Shown: piece by piece, positions 27,917 to 37,600 of the stretch
Layout of the letters: every line of letters starts with the position of its first letter
How positions within the stretch are numbered: position 1 is the first letter of the stretch
DNA from: Myxococcales bacterium
Lineage (GTDB): Bacteria; Myxococcota_A; Polyangia; Polyangiales; Polyangiaceae
Reading direction: 5' to 3'
DNA: 64,000 nucleotides
Assembly (NCBI GenBank): GCA_043747615.1
Contig: JAYTOU010000038.1
Span: forward strand, 32,001-96,000
The notes under the pieces: generated by a model
Seen by the model: only the letters and a program-made list of their open reading frames with translations
Told to the model about the DNA's origin: nothing
Databases searched by the model: none
Translations under genes and position numbers: made by a program

Positions 27917-28582
27917 TCAGCGGGCCCGCTTCTTCTCTAAAATCCGAGGAGGAGGCGGGCCTGTCTTTTTTTGTGTGTAGGGCTTGAGGTAGCGACGGAG
28001 CATGACCTTCGTCTCCGCGAGGAGCGCGTCCGCGGTCAGATGATCACGGCGCACCGAGACGAGAAGCATCGAGGAGACGACCTCGACGATCATCGTCCCG
28101 ACGACCGAGCGCTGCCGCGCCGACAGGGAAGGCGCGTGAAACGTGAGGAGCATCTCGGCCCGACGCGCGAACTCGCGGTTGAGGGCGTCTCCGGCGGCGA
28201 GGAACTCCACCGACAGGCGCCAATTGAGGAGCACCGCGCGAAACGCCGGCGCCGACCGATGAAACCCGGCGAAGGTGTCGAGGATGGTGTCGATCAGCTT
28301 GTCCCAGGGCAGCTGGACGGCTTCTGGCGTGATCATCCCTTCGAAGAGCTCGCGCGCTTGCTCGAGGTAGCGTCCGGCCATGGCGTCGAAGAGCGAGGCC
28401 TTGTTCGGGAAGAATTGATAGAGCGAGCCTATCGACGTTCCAGCCCGCTCGGCGATGGCCTCGGTAGTCGCCGCGTCGTAGCCGGTCTCGATGAACTCGT
28501 GCGCAGCGGCGTCCAGGATCCGCTCCACGCGTTCGCGGCTTCGTGTTTGTAGGGGAATGCGACGGACTTTGGGCAGGCTCAT
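27917..28582 (-). CDS. TetR/AcrR family transcriptional regulator
   Basis: RILDAA..GYDAATTEAIAERAGTSIGSLYQFFPNK HTH. Confidence 0.92.
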   Translation of the reverse strand: MSLPKVRRIPLQTRSRERVERILDAAAHEFIETGYDAATTEAIAERAGTSIGSLYQFFPNKASLFDAMAGRYLEQARELFEGMITPEAVQLPWDKLIDTILDTFAGFHRSAPAFRAVLLNWRLSVEFLAAGDALNREFARRAEMLLTFHAPSLSARQRSVVGTMIVEVVSSMLLVSVRRDHLTADALLAETKVMLRRYLKPYTQKKTGPPPPRILEKKRAR

Positions 28583-28592
28583 CTCGGCGCTC

Positions 28593-28649
28593 TTGACAAA
28601 CATGAGGACAAGCTCACATTCTTGTCAAACGTGAGGAAGCGCTCACGTT
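28593..28649. promoter_or_regulatory. Tandem TetR operators overlapping divergent promoters
   Basis: AACATGAG-N6-CTCACATT (28599-28620) and perfect AACGTGAG-N6-CTCACGTT (28628-28649). TTGACA on + (28593) and on - (28623-28628). Confidence 0.78.
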
Positions 28650-28669
28650 CTTGGCGGAGGGAATAGAAG

Positions 28670-30136
28670 ATGAGCGTGACGAATGGATTGACGGCGGGAC
28701 GAAGGGCGCCTGGGCCCAAAGGTCTGCCCCTGATGGGCAACCTCCTCGACGCATGGAAGGACCCCCGCGTCTTCTTCACTGAATCGATTCGCGACTTCGG
28801 AAACGTCGTGCAGTTTCAGTTCGGGCCGTTCCCGTACATTCTTTTGAACGATCTCGACGCGGTGAAGCACGTCCTCGTCGACAATCCGAAGAACTACACG
28901 AAGAGCCGCAGTTACAAGGGGATCAAGCTTCTATTGGGCCAAGGCTTGCTCACGAGCGAGGGGGATTTCTGGCGGCGGCAGCGGAAGCTCGCGCAGCCGG
29001 CATTTCATCGCGACAAACTCGCTGGCTTCGTGGAGACGATGGCGCGGGCGACCGAAAGCATGCTCGTCCGCTGGGAAGAGTCAGCAGCTCCCACGATGGA
29101 CGTTCACGAGGAGATGATGCGCCTGACGTTGCGCATCGTCGGGCTCACCCTTTTCAGCACGAACCTGGACGAGAACGCCGACGCCGTGGGGAAGGCCCTC
29201 GCGATCGCTCTGCCTTACGCCAACAACTACGCGACCGCTCTTTTGCCGCTTCCCCCTTGGGTCCCGACGGTGGCGAACCTGCGCTTTCGCCGTGCAAAGA
29301 CGACCCTGAACGACATGGTCTTCGGTCTCATCGCCAAGCGACGCACGATGGAGACCAAGCCGAACGATCTCCTCTCGATGCTGATGGACGTGAAGGACGA
29401 CGCAGGCGAAGGCATGAATGATCAGCAGCTCCGCGACGAGGCGATGACGATGGTCCTCGCCGGTCACGAGACGACCGCGAACGCGCTGGCCTGGACTTGG
29501 TATCTCTTGTCGAAGCATCCAGAGGCGGCGCGGCGCGTGGAGCGCGAGGTTCGTGAGGTCTTGGGCGGACGTGCGCCCACGCTCGACGATCTGAGCAAGC
29601 TCTCGTACACGCGCATGGTCATCGAAGAGTCGATGCGCCTCTATCCGCCGGCGTGGGCCTTCGAGCGCCAAGCGATCGAAGACGACGTGGTCGCCGGCTT
29701 TGGCGTGCCAAAGGGAACGCTTGTCGGGATCTGCCCCTTCACGCTTCATCGCAAGTCGGAATGCTGGGAAAATCCAGAGGGATTCGATCCCGAGCGCTTC
29801 ACGCCGGAGCGGGCTGCAGCGCGCCCACGCTATTCGTATCTACCGTTCGGGGGTGGTCCGCGTTTCTGCATCGGAAGCGCGTTCGCGATGATGGAGCTTC
29901 AGATCGTCGTGGCGATGGTCGCGCAGAAGCACAGTCTCGAGCTCCTGCCCGGGACAAACCCCGCGCTCGTTCCCGAGGTGACTCTCCGCCCCGACGGCGG
30001 GATCCCCATGCAGCGAAAACCGGTGCGCCACGACTCCCGAGTGCCGGCGACGCGCGCGAAGGATCAGGCTCCGCGGGCAGCGGCGATCAGCTCGGTCTTC
30101 AATGCGGCGAGCGCCGGAGTCATCCCCACCGGGTAA
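28670..30136 (+). CDS. Cytochrome P450
   Basis: AGHETT I-helix, ESMR (ExxR), PERF, FGGGPRFCIG heme ligand. Confidence 0.96.
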   Translation: MSVTNGLTAGRRAPGPKGLPLMGNLLDAWKDPRVFFTESIRDFGNVVQFQFGPFPYILLNDLDAVKHVLVDNPKNYTKSRSYKGIKLLLGQGLLTSEGDFWRRQRKLAQPAFHRDKLAGFVETMARATESMLVRWEESAAPTMDVHEEMMRLTLRIVGLTLFSTNLDENADAVGKALAIALPYANNYATALLPLPPWVPTVANLRFRRAKTTLNDMVFGLIAKRRTMETKPNDLLSMLMDVKDDAGEGMNDQQLRDEAMTMVLAGHETTANALAWTWYLLSKHPEAARRVEREVREVLGGRAPTLDDLSKLSYTRMVIEESMRLYPPAWAFERQAIEDDVVAGFGVPKGTLVGICPFTLHRKSECWENPEGFDPERFTPERAAARPRYSYLPFGGGPRFCIGSAFAMMELQIVVAMVAQKHSLELLPGTNPALVPEVTLRPDGGIPMQRKPVRHDSRVPATRAKDQAPRAAAISSVFNAASAGVIPTG

Positions 30137-31521
30137 TACGACGGCGCTTCAAGGCGCTGGTGTTGAGGGTGAAGCGCGGCGACGCTCGCCATCGAGTACG
30201 CGCGAATGTCTCGCGCCGGCTGGGGCAAGCTCACCCGCTTTCCTTCGCGCATGACGTTGGTGAGGAGCTGCGCGCTCCTCGCGGACTTGAGCCGCGAAGG
30301 AAATCCGGTGGCTCGTTCGGTGAAGCGAACATCGCGGACGTCGTGAATGCGTTCGTTCGTGGCGTGAGCGACATCGGCGATCGGATGCCCGTCATCGTCG
30401 AAGTAACGAACGATCACCTTTCGCCCGGGATCGCTCGAGGCCGCCGCGGTGCGACCGAGGCGGATGCGCGGATTCCAGTTGCCGTCCGATTCGATGGCCG
30501 CCAGATCGTATTGGGCGACCCACGACGCGTCGTCGACGTCGAGAGACGAGACGATGAACCCCGAGACCGGCACGTCTCCCCGGCAAAGCTCCGCGATTCG
30601 AAACTCGTCGATGCCGCCGGAGGCCACGATCACGGGCGGACCGAGGCCTGCGGCCGCGAACGCTTGGATGGCCATGCGCGCGATTCCCGCGTGATCTCCG
30701 CCGCTGATCTCGATCGCGAGCTCTGTGTCCTGCCAGGTAGACGCCGAGGACTTACGCTTCCCGAGCGCCTCGATGGCGTGCCCGAGCGCGGTGGCCGCCT
30801 CGCGATGATCGATGCGCAAGATGGCGCGCTCACCGGACGCTCCGAGCCACGCATCGAAGGCGCTCTGCTCGTTCGGAGCAGCGAGGACGAGGCGAAGTGG
30901 AAGGGAGGCCCGCGCCGGAATTCCGTAGCGTCGAGAGGCAAGCGCCGAGGTCGTGCCGTGGGCGCCGCCGACGTACGCCGCACGCGAGACCAGTGGATTC
31001 CCACCGAGACGATGAGCCGTTGCGCCACTTGATTCGATCACCTCGCCACCGTCGGCTGCGAGAACGCACCGTGCCGCTTTGGTCGCCGCTCGCGTGGCTG
31101 AGTCGAGCGCGCTTCGTACGAACGAACCGACGAGCTGGGCCTGCCAGAACGGACCTTCGATGGTGACGACGGGCTCGGACGCAAAGACCACGCTCCCCTC
31201 CATCGCCGCGTCCACATCGCACGAGAAACGCATGTCCGCGAGCCGTCGCTTCGAGCGCGCATCGATGGCGCCGATGGACTCGAGCCAGGAAAGCTCGTCG
31301 GCCTTTGGCTTGAAACGCTCGAGCGCGTCCAAGAGAGGCTCGACGCCAGCGAGGACGAAGAAGCCCGTCTTGGTGCCCTGCCGCGCGAAGGAGCACTCGA
31401 ACGTCGAGCGTGCATCGGCAAACCCGCCGTGGATCGCGGCCGTCGCGGCCACGTAGGCGTCGAGCTCGATCGAAAGCGCGCTGACGGGAAGGAACGGGGG
31501 AGGCGGAGCGGGCGTCGGCAT
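30064..31521 (-). CDS. Nicotinate phosphoribosyltransferase (PncB) homologue with degenerate active site
   Basis: Scaffold matches NAPRTase (GFFVLAGVE, EGSVVFASEP, ATKAAR, RAAYVGG, YGIP, PGRK), but the catalytic motifs are substituted. Confidence 0.8.
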   Translation of the reverse strand: MPTPAPPPPFLPVSALSIELDAYVAATAAIHGGFADARSTFECSFARQGTKTGFFVLAGVEPLLDALERFKPKADELSWLESIGAIDARSKRRLADMRFSCDVDAAMEGSVVFASEPVVTIEGPFWQAQLVGSFVRSALDSATRAATKAARCVLAADGGEVIESSGATAHRLGGNPLVSRAAYVGGAHGTTSALASRRYGIPARASLPLRLVLAAPNEQSAFDAWLGASGERAILRIDHREAATALGHAIEALGKRKSSASTWQDTELAIEISGGDHAGIARMAIQAFAAAGLGPPVIVASGGIDEFRIAELCRGDVPVSGFIVSSLDVDDASWVAQYDLAAIESDGNWNPRIRLGRTAAASSDPGRKVIVRYFDDDGHPIADVAHATNERIHDVRDVRFTERATGFPSRLKSARSAQLLTNVMREGKRVSLPQPARDIRAYSMASVAALHPQHQRLEAPSYYPVGMTPALAALKTELIAAARGA

Positions 31522-31579
31522 GGGCGATGAGCCTAGCCGACCTTCGCGAGGCTGTGTCGCGTGATACCCGTCACCCGAC

Positions 31580-32278
31580 CTACCGCACCCTCTTCGGCGT
31601 CTTCCACCGATACAGCTGTGCGGGCCGATGTGGCCCCGTGCGCCTCGTCGCCGCCGCCGGCTCGACCCATTCATGACGCAGGAGGCGCGCCCGAAAGTTT
31701 CGCTTGTCGAGCTCGCGACCGAGCACCGCTTCGTAAACGCGCTGCAGCTCCGAGAGCGTGAACCGCGAAGGAACGAGATCGAAGGTCGCCGGACGATTCG
31801 GCTGATTCAAGCGCTCTTGCAGCCGCGCGCGAGCAACATCGATGATCCGCGCGTGATCGAAGGCCAGCTTGATCGAGGGGCGATGCCGGCCGACCTGGGT
31901 TACCGGCAGCGTGCGCAGCGGATGCCAAGCCGCTTCTGCGGCGTCATCGCCGGCGACGACGGGGCGCGATTCAGCCACGGCAAACGTGTAGTACACAACG
32001 CTTATCGTGTGGCCGCGCGGGTCGCGCTCGGGATCTCCGAAAGCGCCGAGCTGCTCGAAGGGAAGGTCTCGTATGCCCGTCTCCTCGTTGAGCTCGCGCG
32101 CGGCGGCCCACTCCAGCGGCTCGTTCAGGTTCACGAACCCACCGGGCAGCGCCCACTGACCCTTGAAGGGAGCATGTGCGCGTTTGACGAGCAGAGCCGC
32201 GAGATCGCCCGCGCGCATCGCAAAGATCACGACGTCGACGGTGACCGCTGGTCGCGGAAATTCGTAGGTGTAGCGCAC
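31580..32278 (-). CDS. nrtR: NrtR (NUDIX + winged helix) NAD-metabolism regulator
   Basis: WALPGGF..E..AAARELNEETG Nudix box, RDPRG, LAFDH, then FTLSELQRVYE..DKRNFR..RPAQLY wHTH. Confidence 0.9.
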   Translation of the reverse strand: MRYTYEFPRPAVTVDVVIFAMRAGDLAALLVKRAHAPFKGQWALPGGFVNLNEPLEWAAARELNEETGIRDLPFEQLGAFGDPERDPRGHTISVVYYTFAVAESRPVVAGDDAAEAAWHPLRTLPVTQVGRHRPSIKLAFDHARIIDVARARLQERLNQPNRPATFDLVPSRFTLSELQRVYEAVLGRELDKRNFRARLLRHEWVEPAAATRRTGPHRPAQLYRWKTPKRVR

Positions 32279-32288
32279 GACCCGAGGA

Positions 32289-32307
32289 TCGTGTGCTCAA
32301 GACACGA
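32289..32307. promoter_or_regulatory. Putative NrtR operator
   Basis: Perfect palindrome TCGTGT-N7-ACACGA 10 bp upstream of the nrtR start; matches the GT-N7-AC core of NrtR sites. Confidence 0.72.
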
Positions 32308-32309
32308 AG

Positions 32310-33227
32310 TCAAACGCGTTTCGCCAACTCGCGGATGGCTTCGGGGGTCGCGGCTTCCTCGAAGAGCATCGGCAAGAAAGCCGGCGTCACGGGCAGCTCG
32401 CGTGACAAGCGCTTCAGGCTCTCCGCTTGCACCCGCTCACGTGTCGCGCGGTCTCGTCCGGCCCACAGCGCCGCTTCGCCGACGGTGTTCACCTCGAACG
32501 TCCCCAGGCCTTCCAGCACCGCGCGCTCCTCGCGGGAGAAGAGCGGCGGCAGGACTCCATTCACGACCACTTTTCCGATCGGCAGCTGAAGCTCGCCCGT
32601 GAGCGCTGCAGCGAGCTCGATGGTCTCGCTCGTTGGCATCTCTTCCGGAAGGGTGACCAGGACGACCGCGGTGGATTTCGGATCCTGGAAAAATTTCCAG
32701 GCCGCATCGGCATCGCGCCGGAGGAGCCCATTCGGCACGACCTCGACGATCACCTTCGGCACCCGCAGCATGTCGAGCCCATGGCCCGTTGCGGGCGCAT
32801 CCAGGATCACCACGTCGTACCGCCAGGAGCCGTCGGGGCGGGTCTCGGTCGTGTGCCACCACGCCTTGCCGAGCATGGTCCACTCGCTCATCCCGGGGAC
32901 GGCGCGGAAGAAGGTGCGGACGTACTTGTTGTCGAAGAGGAGCGAATAGAGCGCACGCGATTTCAGGGTGAGCATGCCGTACTCTTCGAGGGCCTTCTCG
33001 GGACTCATGTTCACCGCCCAGATGTTCGGTCCAACGGCAACCACCTCTTCGCAGATCAGGTCCGAGCCCATCATCGCCGAGAGCCGCTCCTTCGCGTTGC
33101 ACATGGCGATGAGGACGCGTTTCCCCTTGGCGGCGAGCGCGAGCGCCTCTGCCGCGCAGACCGTGGTCTTGCCGACCCCGCCTTTGCCCGTGACGATCAG
33201 GAAGCGCTGGTCCGCAAAGCTCTGCAT
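32310..33227 (-). CDS. ArsA/GET3 family ATPase (single domain)
   Basis: GKGGVGKTT, DAPATGH, LPEEMP..ET. Confidence 0.88.
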   Translation of the reverse strand: MQSFADQRFLIVTGKGGVGKTTVCAAEALALAAKGKRVLIAMCNAKERLSAMMGSDLICEEVVAVGPNIWAVNMSPEKALEEYGMLTLKSRALYSLLFDNKYVRTFFRAVPGMSEWTMLGKAWWHTTETRPDGSWRYDVVILDAPATGHGLDMLRVPKVIVEVVPNGLLRRDADAAWKFFQDPKSTAVVLVTLPEEMPTSETIELAAALTGELQLPIGKVVVNGVLPPLFSREERAVLEGLGTFEVNTVGEAALWAGRDRATRERVQAESLKRLSRELPVTPAFLPMLFEEAATPEAIRELAKRV

Positions 33228-33296
33228 CGACGTTTCAAATAGGGGAGTCGTGCGCTTCGGGCAATGGGCGCCAAAGATGGTAGAAGGCGTGCCGGC

Positions 33297-34931
33297 ATGA
33301 CCTTACGCATTTTCCCTCTCGGGGGTCTCGGAGAGATCGGCATGAACTGCCTCGCCCTCGAGCACGAGGGAGAGGTCATGCTCATCGATTGCGGGGTCAC
33401 CTTCGACGATCGCGGAGTAGGGGTCGACGTCGTGCATCCCGATTTTTCCGTGCTCGATCGCTACGCAGACCGCATCCGTGGAGTCTTCATCACCCACGGC
33501 CATGAAGACCACATCGGCGCCCTCCCCTATCTCTTGCGGCGATTCGACGTACCGATCTGGGGGCCGCCGTACGCGCTGGGTCTCGTGCGCGAACGTCTCC
33601 GGGAGCATGAGGTGCTCGCCCACGCGAGGCTCGCGGAAGCCAAGCCGCGCGCGCACTACGAGGTCGGGCCTTTTCGGGTCGAGCCCATTCGAGTGACCCA
33701 CTCGATTGCCGACGCTCTGGCCTTGGCGATCACCACTTCGGACGGCACCGTCGTGCACAGCGGCGATTTCAAATTCGACGAGACGCCGCCTGACGGCGAG
33801 ACCTTCGACGAAGCACGCCTCAGCGAGCTCGGGGACGCGGGGGTGAATCTTCTGTTCTCCGATTCGACGAACGTCGACTCCGACGGGACGACGGGGAGCG
33901 AGCAAGGCGTCGGCGAGGCCATCGAGCCGATCATCGAACAGGCCGAAGGAGCCGTCGTCGTCGCTCTCTTCGCCTCGAACGTGCATCGCCTTCGCATGCT
34001 GGGAGAAATCGCGAGGCGCACCGGCCGGAAGATCGTGCCTCTTGGTCGGAGCATCCACACCCACAGCCGCGTTGCCCACGCCACGGGATACCTCGACTGG
34101 CCGAGCGACCTCGTTTGGCCGTCCGAACGCGTACGCGAGCTGCCGCGCAAGGCGATCCTCGGGCTCGCCACGGGAACCCAAGCCGAGGGACGTGCAGCCC
34201 TCGCGCGTTTGGCACACGGCGAACATCCGCACCTCACGCTCGGTCGCGGCGACACGGTGGTGATGTCGAGCCGCATCATCCCCGGCCACGAGCCAGAGGT
34301 TCACGCGCTGATGGGAGATTTTTTGCGGTTGGGAGTGACCCTGAAAACGCGGGTGACCGATCGTGGGATTCACGTGAGCGGGCACGCGCATCGCGGTGAG
34401 CAAAAGAGGCTCATCGATCTCGTGCGTCCGAGGGCTTTCATCCCGGTGCATGGAACGATTCACCACTTGCTGCGCCATGCAGAGCTCGCACGTGAGTGCG
34501 GTGTCGCGCGCACCCTCGTCCTCGAGAATGGCGACTTGGCCGAGCTGAAAGACGGCGCGCTCGACAAGGTGAGTCACGTCACCGTCCCGCGCGTACACAC
34601 CTTTGCCGGCCACGCCATCCCGGTGGGTGTCATTCGTGAGCGCATGGCTCTCGCTGAAAACGGTGTCGCGTTCGTGCATGTTCCCGTCGACGGCGCTTGG
34701 CGGATCAGCGGCGAAATCAGCTTGTTCTCTCGAGGCGTTCTCGACGACTCGAAGGACGCTCACATCCTGGCAACGGTGCGCAACGACATCCGCGCAGACA
34801 TAGAAGCGTTCGGCGGCATTCGCGACGAAGCCTCCCTCGCCGAAGCGGGCCGTCTCGCTGCGCGCCGGAGCTTTTTTCGCCTCCGCGGATCCAAGCCTCT
34901 CACCACCGTCTTTGTCACGAGGAATGGATGA
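33297..34931 (+). CDS. rnj: Ribonuclease J
   Basis: PLGGLGEIGMN, THGHEDHIG, VTHS, DSTN, HVSGHA, PVHG. Confidence 0.94.
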   Translation: MTLRIFPLGGLGEIGMNCLALEHEGEVMLIDCGVTFDDRGVGVDVVHPDFSVLDRYADRIRGVFITHGHEDHIGALPYLLRRFDVPIWGPPYALGLVRERLREHEVLAHARLAEAKPRAHYEVGPFRVEPIRVTHSIADALALAITTSDGTVVHSGDFKFDETPPDGETFDEARLSELGDAGVNLLFSDSTNVDSDGTTGSEQGVGEAIEPIIEQAEGAVVVALFASNVHRLRMLGEIARRTGRKIVPLGRSIHTHSRVAHATGYLDWPSDLVWPSERVRELPRKAILGLATGTQAEGRAALARLAHGEHPHLTLGRGDTVVMSSRIIPGHEPEVHALMGDFLRLGVTLKTRVTDRGIHVSGHAHRGEQKRLIDLVRPRAFIPVHGTIHHLLRHAELARECGVARTLVLENGDLAELKDGALDKVSHVTVPRVHTFAGHAIPVGVIRERMALAENGVAFVHVPVDGAWRISGEISLFSRGVLDDSKDAHILATVRNDIRADIEAFGGIRDEASLAEAGRLAARRSFFRLRGSKPLTTVFVTRNG

Positions 34932-35911
34932 GCGCGGGAGCTGCCTACTACGTAGCGCGAAAGCTGCGGAGCCTCGACGCTGAGCTCGAGCCGGCGGCGA
35001 AACGCGTTCTCGTCGCCGCCGACGACGAGGCCGTCCACGACATGCGCGTTTCCATCCGCCGGACGCGAACGCTTCTTAAGGTAGCGCGCCCCCTCTTTGG
35101 AAACTTCCACACAGACGCGGTACGGCGCGCGTTCGTCGCGGTGCAAAAGGCTACCGGCGAGCTCCGAGACGAGGAAGCGCTGGAAGAGACCCTCGCGAAA
35201 ATCGCCCTGAAAAATGCTCCTTTTACGGCTTGGCGGCTTCGGCGAAAGGCGCGCGAGCGGGTGATGCGGCGGGCCGTCGTGCGGATGCTCCAATCAGGCG
35301 AGCTGACCCGGGCGCGCAAGCTGCTCCACGCGCTGGTGACCCTCCCCGTAAAGCCGGCACGCGATCGCGACATCGCCAAGTTTGCGCGTAAGAGCGTGGA
35401 GCAGGCTCGGAGAGGGGTCGAGGCGCATCGCGACGCGAAGACGGACGACGCAGAAGCGCTCCACGAGCTACGCATTGCCTACAAGCAGCTTCGCTACGCG
35501 ATCGAGCTCTTCTCGGACGTGCTTCCCATCGACATCACCGCGGCGCGGGAGCCCGCCGTCCGCTTCCAGAAAAAGCTCGGTGAGATCCACGATCTGGACG
35601 TCGCCGTTCTCACGATCGCGCGCGCCCGCGGCCTTCTCCTCCACACGAAGGAGCTCGCCACGCGCGCGCTCGTGACAGAACGCGCGAGGAGAATCGAGAA
35701 CTACGCGCGGGAGATGACGCGCTTGGTGAGCCCAGAGGGGGTCGAGCCCGCGCCCGAAGTGCTCGCTGTTGTGAGGCCGACGGTCACGGCGTCGGAACGG
35801 ACGCGCTCCGGAAAATCTCGACCTTCTTCAGAACAACCGGCTCCTTCGGTCGATCCTGCGCAGCCGTCGGCACGCGCGCGATCTGGGCAACGAGGTCCCC
35901 GCCGGCGATGA
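34928..35911 (+). CDS. CHAD domain protein (polyphosphate-binding family)
   Basis: [47 protein letters not shown] overlap with rnj. Confidence 0.88.
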   Translation: MSAGAAYYVARKLRSLDAELEPAAKRVLVAADDEAVHDMRVSIRRTRTLLKVARPLFGNFHTDAVRRAFVAVQKATGELRDEEALEETLAKIALKNAPFTAWRLRRKARERVMRRAVVRMLQSGELTRARKLLHALVTLPVKPARDRDIAKFARKSVEQARRGVEAHRDAKTDDAEALHELRIAYKQLRYAIELFSDVLPIDITAAREPAVRFQKKLGEIHDLDVAVLTIARARGLLLHTKELATRALVTERARRIENYAREMTRLVSPEGVEPAPEVLAVVRPTVTASERTRSGKSRPSSEQPAPSVDPAQPSARARSGQRGPRRR

Positions 35912-36359
35912 CCTTGCCGAAGACCGAGTGGCGGTCGTCGAGGTGCCCGGTCGACTTCTCGGTGAGGAAGAACTGCGAGCCGTTGGTGCCCGGTCCGGAG
36001 TTCGCCATCGACAGAATGCCCGGGCCGGTGTGGCGAAGCTGGGGGTGGAACTCGTCCTTGAAGCGGTAGCCGGGACCGCCCGTACCTTGGCCGAGCGGAT
36101 CGCCGCCCTGGATCATGAAGTTCGGGATCACGCGGTGGAAGATCGTTCCGTCGTAGAGCGGCGTGCTCTTCTTCACTTCGCCTGACTTCGGGTCCTTCCA
36201 CTCCTGGGTCCCCATGGCGAGGCCCACGAAATTCTTGACCGTGTTGGGCGCGCGCTCTTCTTCGAGCTCGATCACGAGGTTGCCCATCGAGGTGTGGAAC
36301 CGGGCGTAGAGCTTCCCCGTTCCGGGGACGTTGATTGCGGGAAATTGGGCGTCGGGCAT
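35784..36359 (-). CDS. ppiA: Cyclophilin-type peptidyl-prolyl isomerase
   Basis: [39 protein letters not shown]. Confidence 0.93.
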   Translation of the reverse strand: MPDAQFPAINVPGTGKLYARFHTSMGNLVIELEEERAPNTVKNFVGLAMGTQEWKDPKSGEVKKSTPLYDGTIFHRVIPNFMIQGGDPLGQGTGGPGYRFKDEFHPQLRHTGPGILSMANSGPGTNGSQFFLTEKSTGHLDDRHSVFGKVIAGGDLVAQIARVPTAAQDRPKEPVVLKKVEIFRSASVPTP

Positions 36360-36543
36360 CACAGGCTCCAGGGGAAAATGACGGAGAGGAGGTACCACGG
36401 GGCGCGGCCTTTCGAAAGCCACAAAACTCCCCGAAATTGCCGAGGTTGTGCTGCTTATCACTTCGCTTGACCGTCTTCACCGCGCCGCGTGATACTCCGG
36501 GCGCTGGTCGACCAGCGAAGCGGCGGACGAGACGGAGGATTTT

Positions 36544-37596
36544 GTGATCGGATGCTCCAAATGCGGCAAAGAGAATCAGGACCATTATAAGTTCTGTCTC
36601 GGCTGCGGTGCAGAGCTGCCGCGCGACGCGGCAACGAAGGCGTTCAACCCGGGCACTCCTCCTGAAGGAGTAAAGGCCGTTGCCAAGCCCGCCGGAGCAC
36701 TCGACGCCACCGCCGCTGCATCACAGAAGTCACCGATCGCCGATCTCCCGCCCCCCGCGGTCATCGCAGCACCCGTCGCTGCGGTCCCTGCAAAAACGAG
36801 CTCGGTCGCTGCGGTTCCGCAGACGCTCGGCGGCGTCCCCTGTCCGCAATGCGGTCATCCGAACACCGGGAGCAACGTCTTTTGTGGCTCGTGCGGCTTC
36901 CGTCTCACGGGCGCTGCTTCGAAGTCCGTGGCCCCACCGCAGGTTGCTCCGGCAGCGACCGAGGGCGGAGTTCTCCTCACCGCTCTGCGCGCCGACGGAA
37001 GCGAAGCCGGCACCTACAATCTTCCGGCGGGCACGGTTCTCATCGGTCGCGACACGGGCGGCATCTTCGCCGGCGACAGCTACCTCTCCCCGCGCCACGC
37101 CACCTTCCGCCAGCCTGCCGCCGGCAAGCTCCACGTGAAGGACGAAGCGTCGCTCAACGGCGTTTACAAAAAACTGACTCCGAAGGTCGCCGTCGAGCTC
37201 CTCGCCAACGACGTCTTTCGTATCGGACAGGAGATCATTCGGTTCGAGCCCCTCACGCCACTGCAGCCTTCCCCGGATGGAGTCGAGCGCCTCGGCGCCC
37301 CGGCAAAAGGCTACATCGGTCGCATCGCGCTCATCACGGGCCGCGACACCACGGGCAACGCTTTCCCAGTTCCCGAGGCGGGCATTCACCTTGGCCGTGA
37401 GCGCGGAGACGTGCTTTTCCCGGAAGACGGCTACGTCTCGGGGCTCCATTGCCAGCTCGAGTACCAGGCAGGCAAGCTCACCCTGACGGATTTCGGAAGC
37501 TCGAACGGGACCTTCATTCGCCTGCGAGCAGAGGTCGAAGTCGTCACCGGCGATGTCCTTCTCATGGGGCAACAGCTCTTCCGAATCACGATGTAA
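36544..37596 (+). CDS. Zinc-ribbon + tandem FHA domain protein
   Basis: CSKC..CLGC and CPQC..CGSC ribbons; two FHA domains (IGR..SPRH..SLNG; LGR..SGLH..SSNGT). Confidence 0.88.
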   Translation: MIGCSKCGKENQDHYKFCLGCGAELPRDAATKAFNPGTPPEGVKAVAKPAGALDATAAASQKSPIADLPPPAVIAAPVAAVPAKTSSVAAVPQTLGGVPCPQCGHPNTGSNVFCGSCGFRLTGAASKSVAPPQVAPAATEGGVLLTALRADGSEAGTYNLPAGTVLIGRDTGGIFAGDSYLSPRHATFRQPAAGKLHVKDEASLNGVYKKLTPKVAVELLANDVFRIGQEIIRFEPLTPLQPSPDGVERLGAPAKGYIGRIALITGRDTTGNAFPVPEAGIHLGRERGDVLFPEDGYVSGLHCQLEYQAGKLTLTDFGSSNGTFIRLRAEVEVVTGDVLLMGQQLFRITM

Positions 37597-37600
37597 CTGG

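Noticed and set aside
32310..33227. Arsenic resistance operon
   Set aside because: No arsB/arsC/arsR nearby, and the protein is a single-domain GET3/BagA-like ATPase.
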